A stretch of DNA of 64,000 nt, taken from Chloroflexota bacterium. Lineage in GTDB: Bacteria; Chloroflexota; Anaerolineae; JACRMK01. The translations under genes were made by a program, and so were the position numbers. Positions 8,378 through 18,746 of this stretch are shown piece by piece (position 1 is the first letter of the stretch; each line of letters opens with the position of its first letter). The DNA lies in contig JACRMK010000056.1 in NCBI GenBank assembly GCA_016235055.1, positions 23,359 through 87,358 on the forward strand. Direction: 5' to 3'. The notes below the pieces were generated by a model that made no database searches, was not told where the DNA came from, and was given only the letters and a program-made list of their open reading frames with translations.

Positions 8378-9736
8378 GTGAAGACCACGCTCATCCGCCA
8401 CGCCCATCTGGTCGCGACGTTTGATGACCGGCGACGCGAGATCCGAGACGGCGCAATCCTCGTGCGCGGCCATCTGATCGAGCAGGTCGGCGCGACGTCT
8501 GAGTTGCCATCCGGGGCCGACGAGACCATCGATGCGCGCGATCATGTCATTATCCCCGGCCTGATCAACTGCCATCACCACCTGTATCAGACGTTGACTC
8601 GCGCGGTGCCCGGCGCGCAGGATGGCACGCTCTTCCAATGGCTGGTCACGCTCTACCCGATCTGGGCCAATCTGACGGCGCAGGCTATCTATATTTCAGC
8701 GCTGACCGGTCTGAGCGAGCTGCTGTTGAGCGGCTGCACGACAGTCGCCGACCACCTCTACATCTACCCGAACGGCGCGCGCATCGACGACGAGATTCGC
8801 GCCGCACAAGAGATCGGCGTGCGCTTCCACCCGACGCGCGGCAGCATGTCGCTAGGCGAATCGCAGGGCGGCCTGCCGCCGGACCGGGTCACTGAGAACG
8901 AAGAGGCGATCCTGCGCGACACGCGCCGGGCCATTGAAGCGTACCACGACCCGGCGCCGTACTCGATGTGCCGCGTTGGCGTGGCGCCGTGCTCGCCGTT
9001 CTCGGTCACGACCGACTTGATGCGCCAGTCGGCGGAACTTGCGCGCGCTTATGGCGTGCGCTGCCACACCCATCTGGCCGAGACCGCCGACGAAGACCAG
9101 TTCTGTCTCGAGAAGTTCGGCCGCCGCCCGCTCGAGTACGCCGAGGATGTCGGCTGGGTCGGCGACGATGTCTGGTACGCTCACGGGGTGTGGTTCGACC
9201 CGGCGGAGATCGGTCGCATCGGCCGGTCGGGCAGCGGCATCGCACACTGCCCCACCTCCAATATGCGCCTCGGGTCCGGCGTCGCGCCGCTGTTGAACTG
9301 GCTATCCCACGGCGTCAAGGTCGGGCTCGGTGTGGATGGCAGCGCCAGCAACGATTCCGGCCATCTGCTGGCCGAAACGCGCCAGGCGATGCTGCTGCAG
9401 CGCGTGACGCATGGCCCGGCCGCGCTGACCGCGCGCCAGGCGCTGGAACTCGGCACGCGCGGCGGCGCGGCGGTGCTCGGCCGCACGGATATCGGCGCGC
9501 TCGCGCCCGGCATGGCGGCCGATCTGGCGATGTTCGACCTGAACCAACTCGCCTATGCCGGCGCATGGCACGACCCGCTGGCCGCGCTCGTCTTCTGCGC
9601 GCCGCAGACCGCCAGCCTGGTGATGGTCAACGGCCGCTTGGTGGTCCGCGAGCAGCATCTCACGACAATTGAACTCGGCCCCGTGATCGAGCAGCACAAC
9701 CGCATTGCGCGGGCCATGGTCGACGGTCCGCGCTAG
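8378..9736 (+). CDS. amidohydrolase-superfamily deaminase, 8-oxoguanine deaminase / SsnA-chlorohydrolase type
   Basis: PGLINCHHHLYQTLTR metal-binding HxH, then HLAET, CHTHLAET and a VGLGVDGSASND aspartate loop. The start is reset to GTG 8378 because the longer ORF 8039.. is translated through the repeat element. Confidence 0.85.
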   Translation: MKTTLIRHAHLVATFDDRRREIRDGAILVRGHLIEQVGATSELPSGADETIDARDHVIIPGLINCHHHLYQTLTRAVPGAQDGTLFQWLVTLYPIWANLTAQAIYISALTGLSELLLSGCTTVADHLYIYPNGARIDDEIRAAQEIGVRFHPTRGSMSLGESQGGLPPDRVTENEEAILRDTRRAIEAYHDPAPYSMCRVGVAPCSPFSVTTDLMRQSAELARAYGVRCHTHLAETADEDQFCLEKFGRRPLEYAEDVGWVGDDVWYAHGVWFDPAEIGRIGRSGSGIAHCPTSNMRLGSGVAPLLNWLSHGVKVGLGVDGSASNDSGHLLAETRQAMLLQRVTHGPAALTARQALELGTRGGAAVLGRTDIGALAPGMAADLAMFDLNQLAYAGAWHDPLAALVFCAPQTASLVMVNGRLVVREQHLTTIELGPVIEQHNRIARAMVDGPR

Positions 9737-9838
9737 ACGGACGAGGAGGCGCACCGACACACCTGTAGCGAAGCCCGCCCACATTGGATTCAACCCGTGT
9801 CAGACTCGGGACACGGTCCCATTCGGAGGAAAACGCCC

Positions 9839-11029
9839 ATGGTTCGCAAGCTGTTTCTAATCAGTGCGCTGCTCGCCCTGCTGCTGCTGGCAGCCTGCAG
9901 CCCGTCGACCCCCACCCCGCCGACGGCGGCCAAGCCGTTCACGTTTGGCGTCGTGCTGGTCGGCCCCAAGGACGACCACGGCTGGAGCGAAGCGCATTAC
10001 AACGCCGGATTGTACCTGGAGAAGAAGCTCCCCGGTTCCAAGATGGTCTGGCTCGACAAGGTGAACCCGGCCGACCGCAAAGGCACCACGCTCGAACAGG
10101 TTATCGATGACATGGTGAAGCAGGGCGCCAAGCTTATCTTCACCACGTCCGACGACTTCAAAGACGATTCCCGCGCGTACGCGCAGAAGCACGCCGACGT
10201 CACGATCATGCACATCTCCGGCGACGACGTGCTGACCAAGAAGAACCCGCCCAACCTCGGCAACTACATGGGCCGCATGGAATACGGCAAGATGATCGCC
10301 GGGTGCGCTGCCGCACTGACCTCGCAGACCGGCAAGATCGGCTACCTCGGCCCCCTCATCAACGACGAAACGCGCCGCCTGGCTGCCTCCGTCTTCCTCG
10401 GCGCCAAGTATTGCTGGACGACCGTGCGCGCCAAGCCGGCCGCCGACCTGAAGTTCGAAGTCCGCTGGATCGGCTTCTGGTTCAATATTCCCGGCGTCAC
10501 ACTCGACCCGACGAAGGTCTCCAACGACTTCTATAATGGCGGCTTCGACGTCGTCCTGAGCGGCATCGACACGACGCAGGCGCTGGTGCAGGCCGGCGAA
10601 GCGGCGAAAGCCGGCAAGAAGGTCTGGGCGATCCCGTACGACTTCAGGGACGCCTGCAACGAAGCCGCCTCAGTCTGCCTCGGCGTGCCTTACTTCAACT
10701 GGGGCCCCGGCTACCTGAAACTGGCCAACGCATACAACGCCAAGACGTGGAAGCCGGAGTTCGAGTGGCTTGCGCCGGACTGGAAGGACATCAACAACGC
10801 CGACACCAGCCCGGTCGGCTGGGTGCCCGGCCCGGCACTCGCCGCCGACAACAAGACGAAGGTGGATGCGTTCATCAAAGGTCTGGCCGATGGCTCGATC
10901 GACCTGTGGAAGGGCGAGCTGAAGTTGCAGGACGGATCGGTCTATCTGAAGGCCGGCGAGAAGGCCACCGACAACCAGATCTGGTTCCTGCCCCAACTGC
11001 TGCAGGGCATGGACGGAGCCAGCAAGTAG
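9839..11029 (+). CDS. BMP-family ABC transporter substrate-binding lipoprotein (nucleoside/purine-binding PnrA-like)
   Basis: Lipoprotein signal MVRKLFLISALLALLLLAAC and BMP-family sequence throughout. Upstream of the ATPase and two permeases. Confidence 0.85.
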   Translation: MVRKLFLISALLALLLLAACSPSTPTPPTAAKPFTFGVVLVGPKDDHGWSEAHYNAGLYLEKKLPGSKMVWLDKVNPADRKGTTLEQVIDDMVKQGAKLIFTTSDDFKDDSRAYAQKHADVTIMHISGDDVLTKKNPPNLGNYMGRMEYGKMIAGCAAALTSQTGKIGYLGPLINDETRRLAASVFLGAKYCWTTVRAKPAADLKFEVRWIGFWFNIPGVTLDPTKVSNDFYNGGFDVVLSGIDTTQALVQAGEAAKAGKKVWAIPYDFRDACNEAASVCLGVPYFNWGPGYLKLANAYNAKTWKPEFEWLAPDWKDINNADTSPVGWVPGPALAADNKTKVDAFIKGLADGSIDLWKGELKLQDGSVYLKAGEKATDNQIWFLPQLLQGMDGASK

Positions 11030-11081
11030 CAGTCTGTCAATCGCCCGGGCGCCGGCAGATCATGCCGGCGCCCGGCGTCAT

Positions 11082-12560
11082 TTGCGACATCGCATGCACC
11101 TCATCCTGCGCGAGATTACGAAGACGTTCGGCCGTGTGCCGGCCAACGATCGCATCTCGTTGACCGTCGAGCCGGGCATCATCCACGGCCTGCTCGGCGA
11201 AAACGGGGCCGGCAAGTCCACCCTGATGAAGGCGCTGTCCGGCTTCATCAGCGCGGACAGCGGCGAGATCGTGCTGGACGGAAAGAGCGTGCGCTTCCGG
11301 TCGCCGCTCGAGGCGCTGGAGCATGGCATCGGCATGCTCCACCAGGACCCGCTGGATTTCCCCACCCTGAGCGTGCTTGAGAACTTCATGCTCGGCATGC
11401 CTGGTACGCTGCCGCCGCGCGCGGCGGCGCTCGCCCAGCTTCTGGACCTATCGCGCCAGTTTGACTTTACCCTGGCCCCGGAGTCACCGGCCGGCGCCTT
11501 AAGCCCCGGCGAGCGTCAACAACTCGAAATCGTGCGCCTGCTCGCACGCGGCGCGGAGTTGCTGATACTTGATGAGCCGACCACCGGCATCTCGCAGGTG
11601 CAGAAGGTCAAGCTCTTTGTGACGCTCCAGAAACTGGCGGCGCAGGGCAAGAGCATTATCCTCGTGACCCACAAGCTCGAAGACGCCGAGACACTGTGCC
11701 AGCGTGTGACCGTGCTGCGCCGCGGCCGGGTCGTCGGCGAGGTCGAGCGACCGTTCACCACTCAGAAACTGGTCCAGCTCATGTTCGGCCAGGAACTGCC
11801 ACGCCTGGAGCGCCCGGCCCTATCGGCCACACAAACGACCGTGACCGTCCGGGACCTGGCGGTACACGATCACCGCATGGCGGTGGAAGCGGTCAACCTG
11901 GAGATCATGGCCGGCGAGGTCATCGGGCTGGCCGGACTGGAAGGTAGCGGGCAGCGGCTGGTCATGCGCGCGCTCGGCGGCCTGCTGACGCCTTCGCACG
12001 GCGAGATCAGCGTCGGTGGGCAGTCGCTGGCCGGCAAACCGTACAGCCAGTTTCTGCGTACCGGCGTTGCGTACTTGCCGGCCGGGCGGATGGATGAAGG
12101 GCTTGTGCCGGGCCTCAATCTAACGGAGCATTTTGAACTGGCGCGCCGCAGCCACGACTTCACCGTGGACTGGAAACGCGCGGAAGCGCTGGCCGCCGAG
12201 CGAATCGACATGTTTAGCATTCGCGGCCGCCCCGCAACCGCAGTCGATGACCTTTCGGGCGGCAACCAGCAGCGCGCTCTGCTCGCGCTGCTGCCGGAGC
12301 AACTTTCACTGCTGTTGCTGGAGCACCCGACGCGCGGACTCGACATCGAATCGTCGGCCTGGGTCTGGACGCAACTGCTGGAACGCAGACGGCACGGCAC
12401 GGCCATCATCTTCATCTCCGCCGACCTCGACGAGATTCTGGCTTACAGCGACCGCATCGTCGTCTTCTCCGGCGGCCAGGTCAGCGCGCCGCTCGCCGCC
12501 CGCGACGCGACCGTCGAGCAACTCGGCAACCTGATCGGCGGCAAGCGCGCCCAGGGCTGA
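11082..12560 (+). CDS. ABC transporter ATP-binding protein with duplicated ATPase domains
   Basis: Two Walker A sites (GENGAGKST and GLEGSGQ), two LSGG signature motifs and Walker B sites. Confidence 0.9.
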   Translation: MRHRMHLILREITKTFGRVPANDRISLTVEPGIIHGLLGENGAGKSTLMKALSGFISADSGEIVLDGKSVRFRSPLEALEHGIGMLHQDPLDFPTLSVLENFMLGMPGTLPPRAAALAQLLDLSRQFDFTLAPESPAGALSPGERQQLEIVRLLARGAELLILDEPTTGISQVQKVKLFVTLQKLAAQGKSIILVTHKLEDAETLCQRVTVLRRGRVVGEVERPFTTQKLVQLMFGQELPRLERPALSATQTTVTVRDLAVHDHRMAVEAVNLEIMAGEVIGLAGLEGSGQRLVMRALGGLLTPSHGEISVGGQSLAGKPYSQFLRTGVAYLPAGRMDEGLVPGLNLTEHFELARRSHDFTVDWKRAEALAAERIDMFSIRGRPATAVDDLSGGNQQRALLALLPEQLSLLLLEHPTRGLDIESSAWVWTQLLERRRHGTAIIFISADLDEILAYSDRIVVFSGGQVSAPLAARDATVEQLGNLIGGKRAQG

Positions 12561-12567
12561 TAGCAAC

Positions 12568-13626
12568 ATGACCACATCCGTCCCGCGCAGGTCAGTAACG
12601 CGCGTCGCTCGCCGGCTGATGCCGGCGCTGCAGCCTGTCGCACTGGCGCTGATCGTCACGCTCGTGATCATTGTACTGGTCGGCGCGTCGCCGCTCGCCG
12701 TGCTGGCCGGCATGTGGGACGGCGCGTTCGGCGATGCCGACCGGCAGGCCGATGTGCTGGCCGCCTGGGTGCCGCTGACGCTCGCCACCGTCGGACTGCT
12801 CGTTACTTTCACTGCCGGCCTGTGGAACATCGGTATCGAGGGGCAGATCACGCTCGGTGCGATTGGCGCCACCTTCGTCGTGCGCACGCTACCGGACCTG
12901 CCGGCGCCGCTGCTCCTGTCGCTCGTCCTGCTGAGCGCGGCCGTTGCCGGCGGACTGTGGGGATTGATCGTCGGAGCGCTAAAAACGTACGGCAAGGTAC
13001 ATGAGATCTTCGGTGGGATGGGGCTCAACTTCGTGGCCATCGGCCTCACAAACTACCTGATCTTCGGGCCGTGGAAGCAGGCCGGTCGCGCGTCGGCCAG
13101 CGGCACGGAACCATACCCGCTGAACGCCTATCTACCGACGCTGGAGGGGCTGCGCCTCAGCCCGTATGCGCTCGGGCTGGCCATTGTCGCGCTTTTGATA
13201 GTGTACGTGGCGCTGCGCGGAACCACCTGGGGTCTGCAACTCAAAGCGATCGGCAAGAGCTTGCGCGCCGCGCACTGGCTCGGTATCGCCACCGAGCGGC
13301 AGATACTGCTGGCGTTCGTTGTGGCGGGCGCATGCGCCGGTCTCGCCGGTGCTGTGCAGACCACTGTGACGTATCACCGCCTCATCCCGTCCATCAGCAG
13401 CGGCTACGGATATCTGGCCATCCTGGTCGCGCTGCTGGCCGGGTTCCGCGCTCTGTGGGTCGCCCCACTAGCGTTCTTCTTCGCAGCGCTCAGCCTGGGT
13501 AGCCGCACGCTGCAGATGCAGTTGCAACTCGACTCGTCGCTCGGCGGCGTCATCCAGGGCGTGCTGGTGCTGATCGTCGTGCTCGCGCGCGGCCTCGGCA
13601 CGCGCAGCGGCAATACGGAGACCTAG
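12568..13626 (+). CDS. ABC transporter permease (BMP-system, first permease)
   Basis: Multi-TM ORF immediately after the ATPase, a typical BMP-ABC operon order. Confidence 0.85.
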   Translation: MTTSVPRRSVTRVARRLMPALQPVALALIVTLVIIVLVGASPLAVLAGMWDGAFGDADRQADVLAAWVPLTLATVGLLVTFTAGLWNIGIEGQITLGAIGATFVVRTLPDLPAPLLLSLVLLSAAVAGGLWGLIVGALKTYGKVHEIFGGMGLNFVAIGLTNYLIFGPWKQAGRASASGTEPYPLNAYLPTLEGLRLSPYALGLAIVALLIVYVALRGTTWGLQLKAIGKSLRAAHWLGIATERQILLAFVVAGACAGLAGAVQTTVTYHRLIPSISSGYGYLAILVALLAGFRALWVAPLAFFFAALSLGSRTLQMQLQLDSSLGGVIQGVLVLIVVLARGLGTRSGNTET

Positions 13627-13629
13627 CGC

Positions 13630-14598
13630 ATGGACATCGTCATCCGCCTGCTGGCCTCTATCCTGGCCGATTCCGCGCCGCTCGTCTTCGCGGCGGTCGG
13701 CGAGACGATCACCGAGAAGGCCGGCGTCATCAACCTGTCGCTCGACGGCTCGCTGATGCTGGCCGCGATGGCCGGCTTCGCCGTGGCGTACAGCACCGGC
13801 AGCGTGGCCGCCGGATTCCTGGCGGCGATGGCGGTCGGCGCGCTCGTCGCGCTGCTCATCGCGTACGCGGGTATTGCGCTCAATCGCGACCAGGTGGCCG
13901 TCGGGTTCATCCTGACTGTGCTCTGCACCGATCTCAGTTCGTTCCTCGGCACGCCGTTTGTGCGCAAGCCGATCATCACTGCGTTGCCCGCGCCCATCCC
14001 GTTCCTGAGCGACATCCCGGTGCTCGGCACGCTCTTCTTCAACCACAGCGTCACGGTGTACGCCAGCTTCGCCGTCGTGCTGCTCGCCTGGCTGTTCATG
14101 TTCAAGACGCAGCCCGGCCTCATGCTGCAGGGCATCGGCGAGCGCCCGGCGGCGGCCTTCGCACGCGGCGCAAACGTCAACCGCCTGCGCTACCTCTATA
14201 CGCTGATTGGCGGCGCCCTGGTCGGCGTGGCCGGCGCGGCGTTCTCGCTGGGCGCCAGCCCCGGCTGGAGCTACCATCACACGCAGGGCTTCGGCTGGAT
14301 CGCGCTGTCGATCGTCATCTTTGGCGGCTGGCACCCGTTCCGCGCCGCCTTCGGCGCATACCTGTTCGGCGGGCTGCAAACACTCGGCAGCGTGCTGCAG
14401 GCCGGCATGCCCGACATGCCGATCTACGTCTTCCAGGTCGCGCCGTTCCTGATGATGATCCTCGTCCTGCTCGCAGCCAACAGCGAGGGACTCGACCGCC
14501 TGATGGCCTACCTGCCTGCCGGGTTCGCGCGCTGGCTCACGCGCATGCTGCGCGGGCAGTCGCCCGCCGCATTAGGCGCCAACTTCCATTCGGAGTAA
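13630..14598 (+). CDS. ABC transporter permease (BMP-system, second permease)
   Basis: Multi-TM ORF 4 nt after the preceding permease. Confidence 0.85.
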   Translation: MDIVIRLLASILADSAPLVFAAVGETITEKAGVINLSLDGSLMLAAMAGFAVAYSTGSVAAGFLAAMAVGALVALLIAYAGIALNRDQVAVGFILTVLCTDLSSFLGTPFVRKPIITALPAPIPFLSDIPVLGTLFFNHSVTVYASFAVVLLAWLFMFKTQPGLMLQGIGERPAAAFARGANVNRLRYLYTLIGGALVGVAGAAFSLGASPGWSYHHTQGFGWIALSIVIFGGWHPFRAAFGAYLFGGLQTLGSVLQAGMPDMPIYVFQVAPFLMMILVLLAANSEGLDRLMAYLPAGFARWLTRMLRGQSPAALGANFHSE

Positions 14599-14660
14599 AA
14601 TGGTTTGCCGTTGGCGCGCATGTTGGCGCGCCGGCGCCCATCCCGCCAAACGAACCGCGC

Positions 14661-15209
14661 ATGCCCAAAGTCTATCTCATCCGCAACGCCGAGACGCAGG
14701 CAACTCATGAGGACCCCGCCTTCTGGCCGCTGTCGGATCGCGGCGAGGAGCAGGCGCGCATGATCGCGCGGCTGCCTTTTTGGGACGCAGTCACGGCGAT
14801 CGTCAGCAGCGACGAAAGCAGCGCGCTCGCCACCGTCAGCCAGATTGTGTTTGACCGCCGCCTCCCGCTGTTTCACGATGTGCGCCTGCGCGAACTGAAA
14901 CGCACCAGCGAGCACCTGGAAGACCCCGAGTCGCGCGTGCTCGAAGTCATGCAGAAACCGGCGCTCAGCATCGGCGGTTGGGAGCGCGCCACCGATGCGC
15001 AGACGCGCGCAACGGCGTGCTTCCAGGAACTCGTCGACCGCTACGGCGAGGCGACGTTTGCCGTCGTCTCGCACGGCATGACGCTGGCGCTGCTGCTCGG
15101 CGTGCTGCAGGAATCGGTCGGCTACGCGTTCGATATCTGGCAATCGCTCGGCCACGGAAGCGTCGTGCTCGTCGAGCGCGATGACGCGCCGGCCCTTCCC
15201 GCCACATAA
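14661..15209 (+). CDS. histidine phosphatase family protein (phosphoglycerate-mutase-like)
   Basis: N-terminal LIRNAET.....LSD.GEEQA (an RHG-type motif with N replacing H) and the overall length. Confidence 0.7.
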   Translation: MPKVYLIRNAETQATHEDPAFWPLSDRGEEQARMIARLPFWDAVTAIVSSDESSALATVSQIVFDRRLPLFHDVRLRELKRTSEHLEDPESRVLEVMQKPALSIGGWERATDAQTRATACFQELVDRYGEATFAVVSHGMTLALLLGVLQESVGYAFDIWQSLGHGSVVLVERDDAPALPAT

Positions 15210-15227
15210 CAAGGATCCCGCCAAGCT

Positions 15228-16319
15228 ATGCAGATCGGCATCATTGGCCTGCCCACGTCGGGCAAGACCACCATTTTCAATGCGCTAACGCGCGGCAACA
15301 TCGCCCCGGCGGCCTACTCGTCCGGCAAGTTCGAAGTGCACACCGGCGTCGTCGACGTGCCGGACGACCGGCTTGGCGTGCTGGCGCAGATGTTCAACCC
15401 GCGCAAGGTGACGCACGCGAAGGTGCAGTATAACGATGTGGCCGGCCTCGCGCGCGGCGCCGGCGAGAAAGGCGGGCTGGAGCCGGCGCTCCTCAACCTG
15501 CTCTCGCAGAGCGACGCGCTGATTCTGGTCATCCGCGCTTTTGACGACCCGAACGTGCCGCACCCGGACGGCAGCGTGGACCCGGCGCGCGACCTGAATG
15601 CGCTGGAGACCGAATTACTGCTGGCCGACCTGATGGCGGTCGAAAAGCGCCTGCAGCGACTGAAGGAAGACGCCGGCAAGCGCGGCGGCACGCCGCAGGA
15701 GAAGGAAATGCGCGTGCGCGAGGTCGCCCTCTTCGAGCGCATGCAGACTCACCTCGAAGGCGAGCGGCGCCTCAACACGCTCGGCATGAATGAAGATGAA
15801 GTCAAATCGGTGCGCGGCTTTGGCCTGCTGACCGTCAAACCGACGATGGTCATCTACAATCTGGCGGAGTCGCAGTCGCCCCAGGCCGAGTGGGAACGGC
15901 GCGACGGCGACCAGGGCACCATCCACACGGCACTGCGCGGCAAGCTGGAAATGGAAATCGCGCAGATGGCGCCCGACGATGCGCGCGAGTTTCTTGCTGA
16001 GTACGGCATTACCGAGCCCGGCCTGAACCGCATCATCCGGCTCTCGTACGACCTGCTCGGCCTGCATTCGTTCCTGACGACCGGCGAAGACGAGGTGCGC
16101 GCCTGGACGGTCCGCAAAGGCGCGACAGCGGTCGAAGCCGCCGGCACCATTCACAGCGACCTGGCGCGCGGCTTCATTCGCGCCGAAGTCATCGCGTATG
16201 CCGACCTGATCGACGCGGGCGGATTCGCCGAAGCGCGCAAGCGCGGCACGCTGCGGCTCGAGGGCAAAACGTACGTGGTCAGCGATGGCGACATCGTCCA
16301 CGTCAAGTTCAACGTGTAG
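15228..16319 (+). CDS. ychF: redox-regulated ATPase YchF (Obg-family GTPase)
   Basis: GIIGLPTSGKTTIFNALT G1 motif, 363 aa with a C-terminal TGS domain. Confidence 0.9.
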   Translation: MQIGIIGLPTSGKTTIFNALTRGNIAPAAYSSGKFEVHTGVVDVPDDRLGVLAQMFNPRKVTHAKVQYNDVAGLARGAGEKGGLEPALLNLLSQSDALILVIRAFDDPNVPHPDGSVDPARDLNALETELLLADLMAVEKRLQRLKEDAGKRGGTPQEKEMRVREVALFERMQTHLEGERRLNTLGMNEDEVKSVRGFGLLTVKPTMVIYNLAESQSPQAEWERRDGDQGTIHTALRGKLEMEIAQMAPDDAREFLAEYGITEPGLNRIIRLSYDLLGLHSFLTTGEDEVRAWTVRKGATAVEAAGTIHSDLARGFIRAEVIAYADLIDAGGFAEARKRGTLRLEGKTYVVSDGDIVHVKFNV

Positions 16320-16344
16320 CACGACAGAGCACAGGAGCGAGACC

Positions 16345-17421
16345 ATGAAGGCCGCCGTCTTGCGCGCGCCCAATGCGCCGCTGACCATCGAGCAGGTCGA
16401 TCTGGACACTAATCTGCTAACCGGCGAGGTGCTGGTGCGGATTACGCACGCCGGCGTCTGCCACAGCGACTACCACATCATGATCGGCGAGACGCCGCAC
16501 CCAATGCCGGTGGTGCTCGGGCACGAGGGCGCGGGCATCGTGGAGGCCGTCGGGCCGGGCGTTAGCCGCCTGCACAAGGGCGATCCGGTCGCCGTGACGT
16601 TCCGCCCATTCTGCGGCTACTGCCGGCAGTGCAACAGCGGCCATCCGAACCTGTGCGACAACGTCGAAGTGCTGCGCCGCGCCTGCCGCCTCAGTCAGCA
16701 CGGCGAGCGCGTGTACAACTTCATCGGCGTGTCGTGCTTCGCCGAGTACACGGTCGTGCACGAATCCGCCGCCATCAAGGTGCCGTCCGACGTGCCGCTC
16801 GACCGCGCCGCGCTCGTCTCATGCGGCGTGATGACCGGCGTCGGCGCCGTCATCAACACGGCGAAGGTTTCGCCGGGCGAGACGGTGGCTGTGATCGGTT
16901 GCGGCGGCGTCGGGCTGAATGTGATTCAGGGCGCGCGGCTGGCCAACGCCTCCGTCATCATCGCGGTCGACATTCACGACAACAAGCTGGAGATGGCGAC
17001 CACGTTCGGCGCGACACATCTGATCAACGGCCGGTCCGAAGACGCGATCAAGAAAGTGCGCGAGCTTGTCAAGGGCGGTGTGGACTGGTCATTCGAGGTC
17101 ATCGGCCTGCCGGCGACCATGGAACAGGCGTACGCTATGATCCGCAAAGGCGGCACGGCCGTCATGGTTGGCATGCCGCCGTCGGCCAGCAAGGTTTCGT
17201 TCCCGGCGTTCTCCTTTTTTGCCGAGGAGAAGACAGTCAAAGGCTCCATGTTCGGCAGCGCGCGTCCCAGCATCGACATCCCGCGTGTCCTCGATCTGTA
17301 CAAGCATCACCAATTGCAGCTAGACGAGTTGATCTCGCGTCACTACCCGCTTGAGCGTATCAACGAAGCGTACGAGGCACTGGCGCGCGGCGAAGTGGCC
17401 CGCAGCGTCATCGATCTCTAG
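16345..17421 (+). CDS. zinc-dependent alcohol dehydrogenase family protein
   Basis: GVCHSDYH and GHEGAG zinc motifs, and GCGGVG Rossmann. The start is reset to the MKAAVL ATG. Confidence 0.85.
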   Translation: MKAAVLRAPNAPLTIEQVDLDTNLLTGEVLVRITHAGVCHSDYHIMIGETPHPMPVVLGHEGAGIVEAVGPGVSRLHKGDPVAVTFRPFCGYCRQCNSGHPNLCDNVEVLRRACRLSQHGERVYNFIGVSCFAEYTVVHESAAIKVPSDVPLDRAALVSCGVMTGVGAVINTAKVSPGETVAVIGCGGVGLNVIQGARLANASVIIAVDIHDNKLEMATTFGATHLINGRSEDAIKKVRELVKGGVDWSFEVIGLPATMEQAYAMIRKGGTAVMVGMPPSASKVSFPAFSFFAEEKTVKGSMFGSARPSIDIPRVLDLYKHHQLQLDELISRHYPLERINEAYEALARGEVARSVIDL

Positions 17422-17442
17422 CCCCTGTCGGATTGAAACGCC

Positions 17443-18675
17443 ATGAGCCCTGACATCACCCAAGAAATCCGGTCGCTCGTCGCCCAGCGGCGCGACTCGA
17501 TGATCCGGTTCTTCCGCGATATCTGCGCGATTCCGTCGTACGACTCGCAGATCGGCCCCGTGGGCGAGCGCGTCGGCCAGGAGATGCGCGCCCTCGGCTT
17601 CGACGAGGTGCGCTTCGACAAGATGGGCAATATCCTGGGCCGCATCGGCAACGGGCCGCGCTGCCTGGTGTATGATTCGCACATCGACACCGTCGGCGTC
17701 GGCGATCCGGCCGCCTGGGAGTGGGATCCGTTCAAGGGCAAGGTTGAAAACGGCATTCTCTTCGCGCGCGGGGCATGCGACGAAAAAGGCTCGACGCCCG
17801 GCATGATCTACGGCCTGGCGCTCGCCCGACAGCTCGGTCTGCTGCACGGCTGGACCGCGTACTACTTCGGCAATATGGAAGAGTGGTGCGACGGCATCGC
17901 CCCCAACTCGTTCGTTGAGGTGGACCCAAGGGTACGCCCCGATTTCGTCGTCATCGGCGAGCCGACCAAGATGCAGGTCTATCGCGGGCACAAAGGGCGC
18001 ATCGAGTTGCAGATCACGGCCAGCGGCAAATCGGCTCATGCCGCGCACCATCACCTGGGTGACAACGCGGTGTACAAGATGCTGGACATCATCGCGGGCA
18101 TCCGCGATCTCGACGCGCAGCTGCCGAGCGACCCGTTCCTGGGCAAGGCAACCGTGGTTGTCACCGATGCTGAGGTGCACACGCCGTCCATCAACGCCGT
18201 GCCAGACCTGTTCAGTATCTTCATCGACCGCCGCATTACGTTCGGCGAGACGCGCAAAGGCATCGTGGAGCGCATCCAGGCACTGATTCCGGCTGAACTG
18301 CGCGGCGAGATCACGCTCAAAGAGATGTTCTACGACACGCCGAGCTACACCGGCTTCGTCTTCCCGATCGAAAAGTACTATCCGCCCTGGGCGCTCGATG
18401 AGACGCATCCCCTGGTGCGCGCCGGGCAACGCACGATGGCGCGTCTGTGGGGCGAAGCGCCGCCCACGGGCAAATGGGGCTTCTCGACCAACGGCACCTA
18501 CTGGGCGGGGAAGGCGCAGATACCGTCGATCGGCTTCGGGCCCGGCGACGAGGTCCACGCGCACACCACGCTGGACCAGAACAAGCTCGACGATGTGGTG
18601 CGCGCCACCGAATGGTACGCGCTTTTTCCGACCGTGTTGGCGCAACTTACCGCCGCCGTTACGCCGGAGTTCTAG
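17443..18675 (+). CDS. M20-family peptidase, YgeY-like
   Basis: HIDTV, ARGACDEKG and EPT...GHKG motifs, 410 aa. Confidence 0.85.
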   Translation: MSPDITQEIRSLVAQRRDSMIRFFRDICAIPSYDSQIGPVGERVGQEMRALGFDEVRFDKMGNILGRIGNGPRCLVYDSHIDTVGVGDPAAWEWDPFKGKVENGILFARGACDEKGSTPGMIYGLALARQLGLLHGWTAYYFGNMEEWCDGIAPNSFVEVDPRVRPDFVVIGEPTKMQVYRGHKGRIELQITASGKSAHAAHHHLGDNAVYKMLDIIAGIRDLDAQLPSDPFLGKATVVVTDAEVHTPSINAVPDLFSIFIDRRITFGETRKGIVERIQALIPAELRGEITLKEMFYDTPSYTGFVFPIEKYYPPWALDETHPLVRAGQRTMARLWGEAPPTGKWGFSTNGTYWAGKAQIPSIGFGPGDEVHAHTTLDQNKLDDVVRATEWYALFPTVLAQLTAAVTPEF

Positions 18676-18688
18676 CCGCTCGTTGTAC

Positions 18689-18719
18689 GCCCCGCACCGT
18701 GCCGGTGCGGGGCTTTTTT
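18689..18719 (+). terminator. Rho-independent terminator (11-bp GC stem + T6)
   Basis: gccccgcaccg-tgc-cggtgcggggc-tttttt, 14 nt after the peptidase stop. Confidence 0.7.
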
Positions 18720-18746
18720 GTTGCCCGCAAGCCGGGCCTCTGCATG

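Noticed and set aside
16629-17354. 241-aa alternative-frame ORF inside the alcohol dehydrogenase gene
   Set aside because: Out-of-frame with the Zn-ADH motifs. Arg-rich low complexity.
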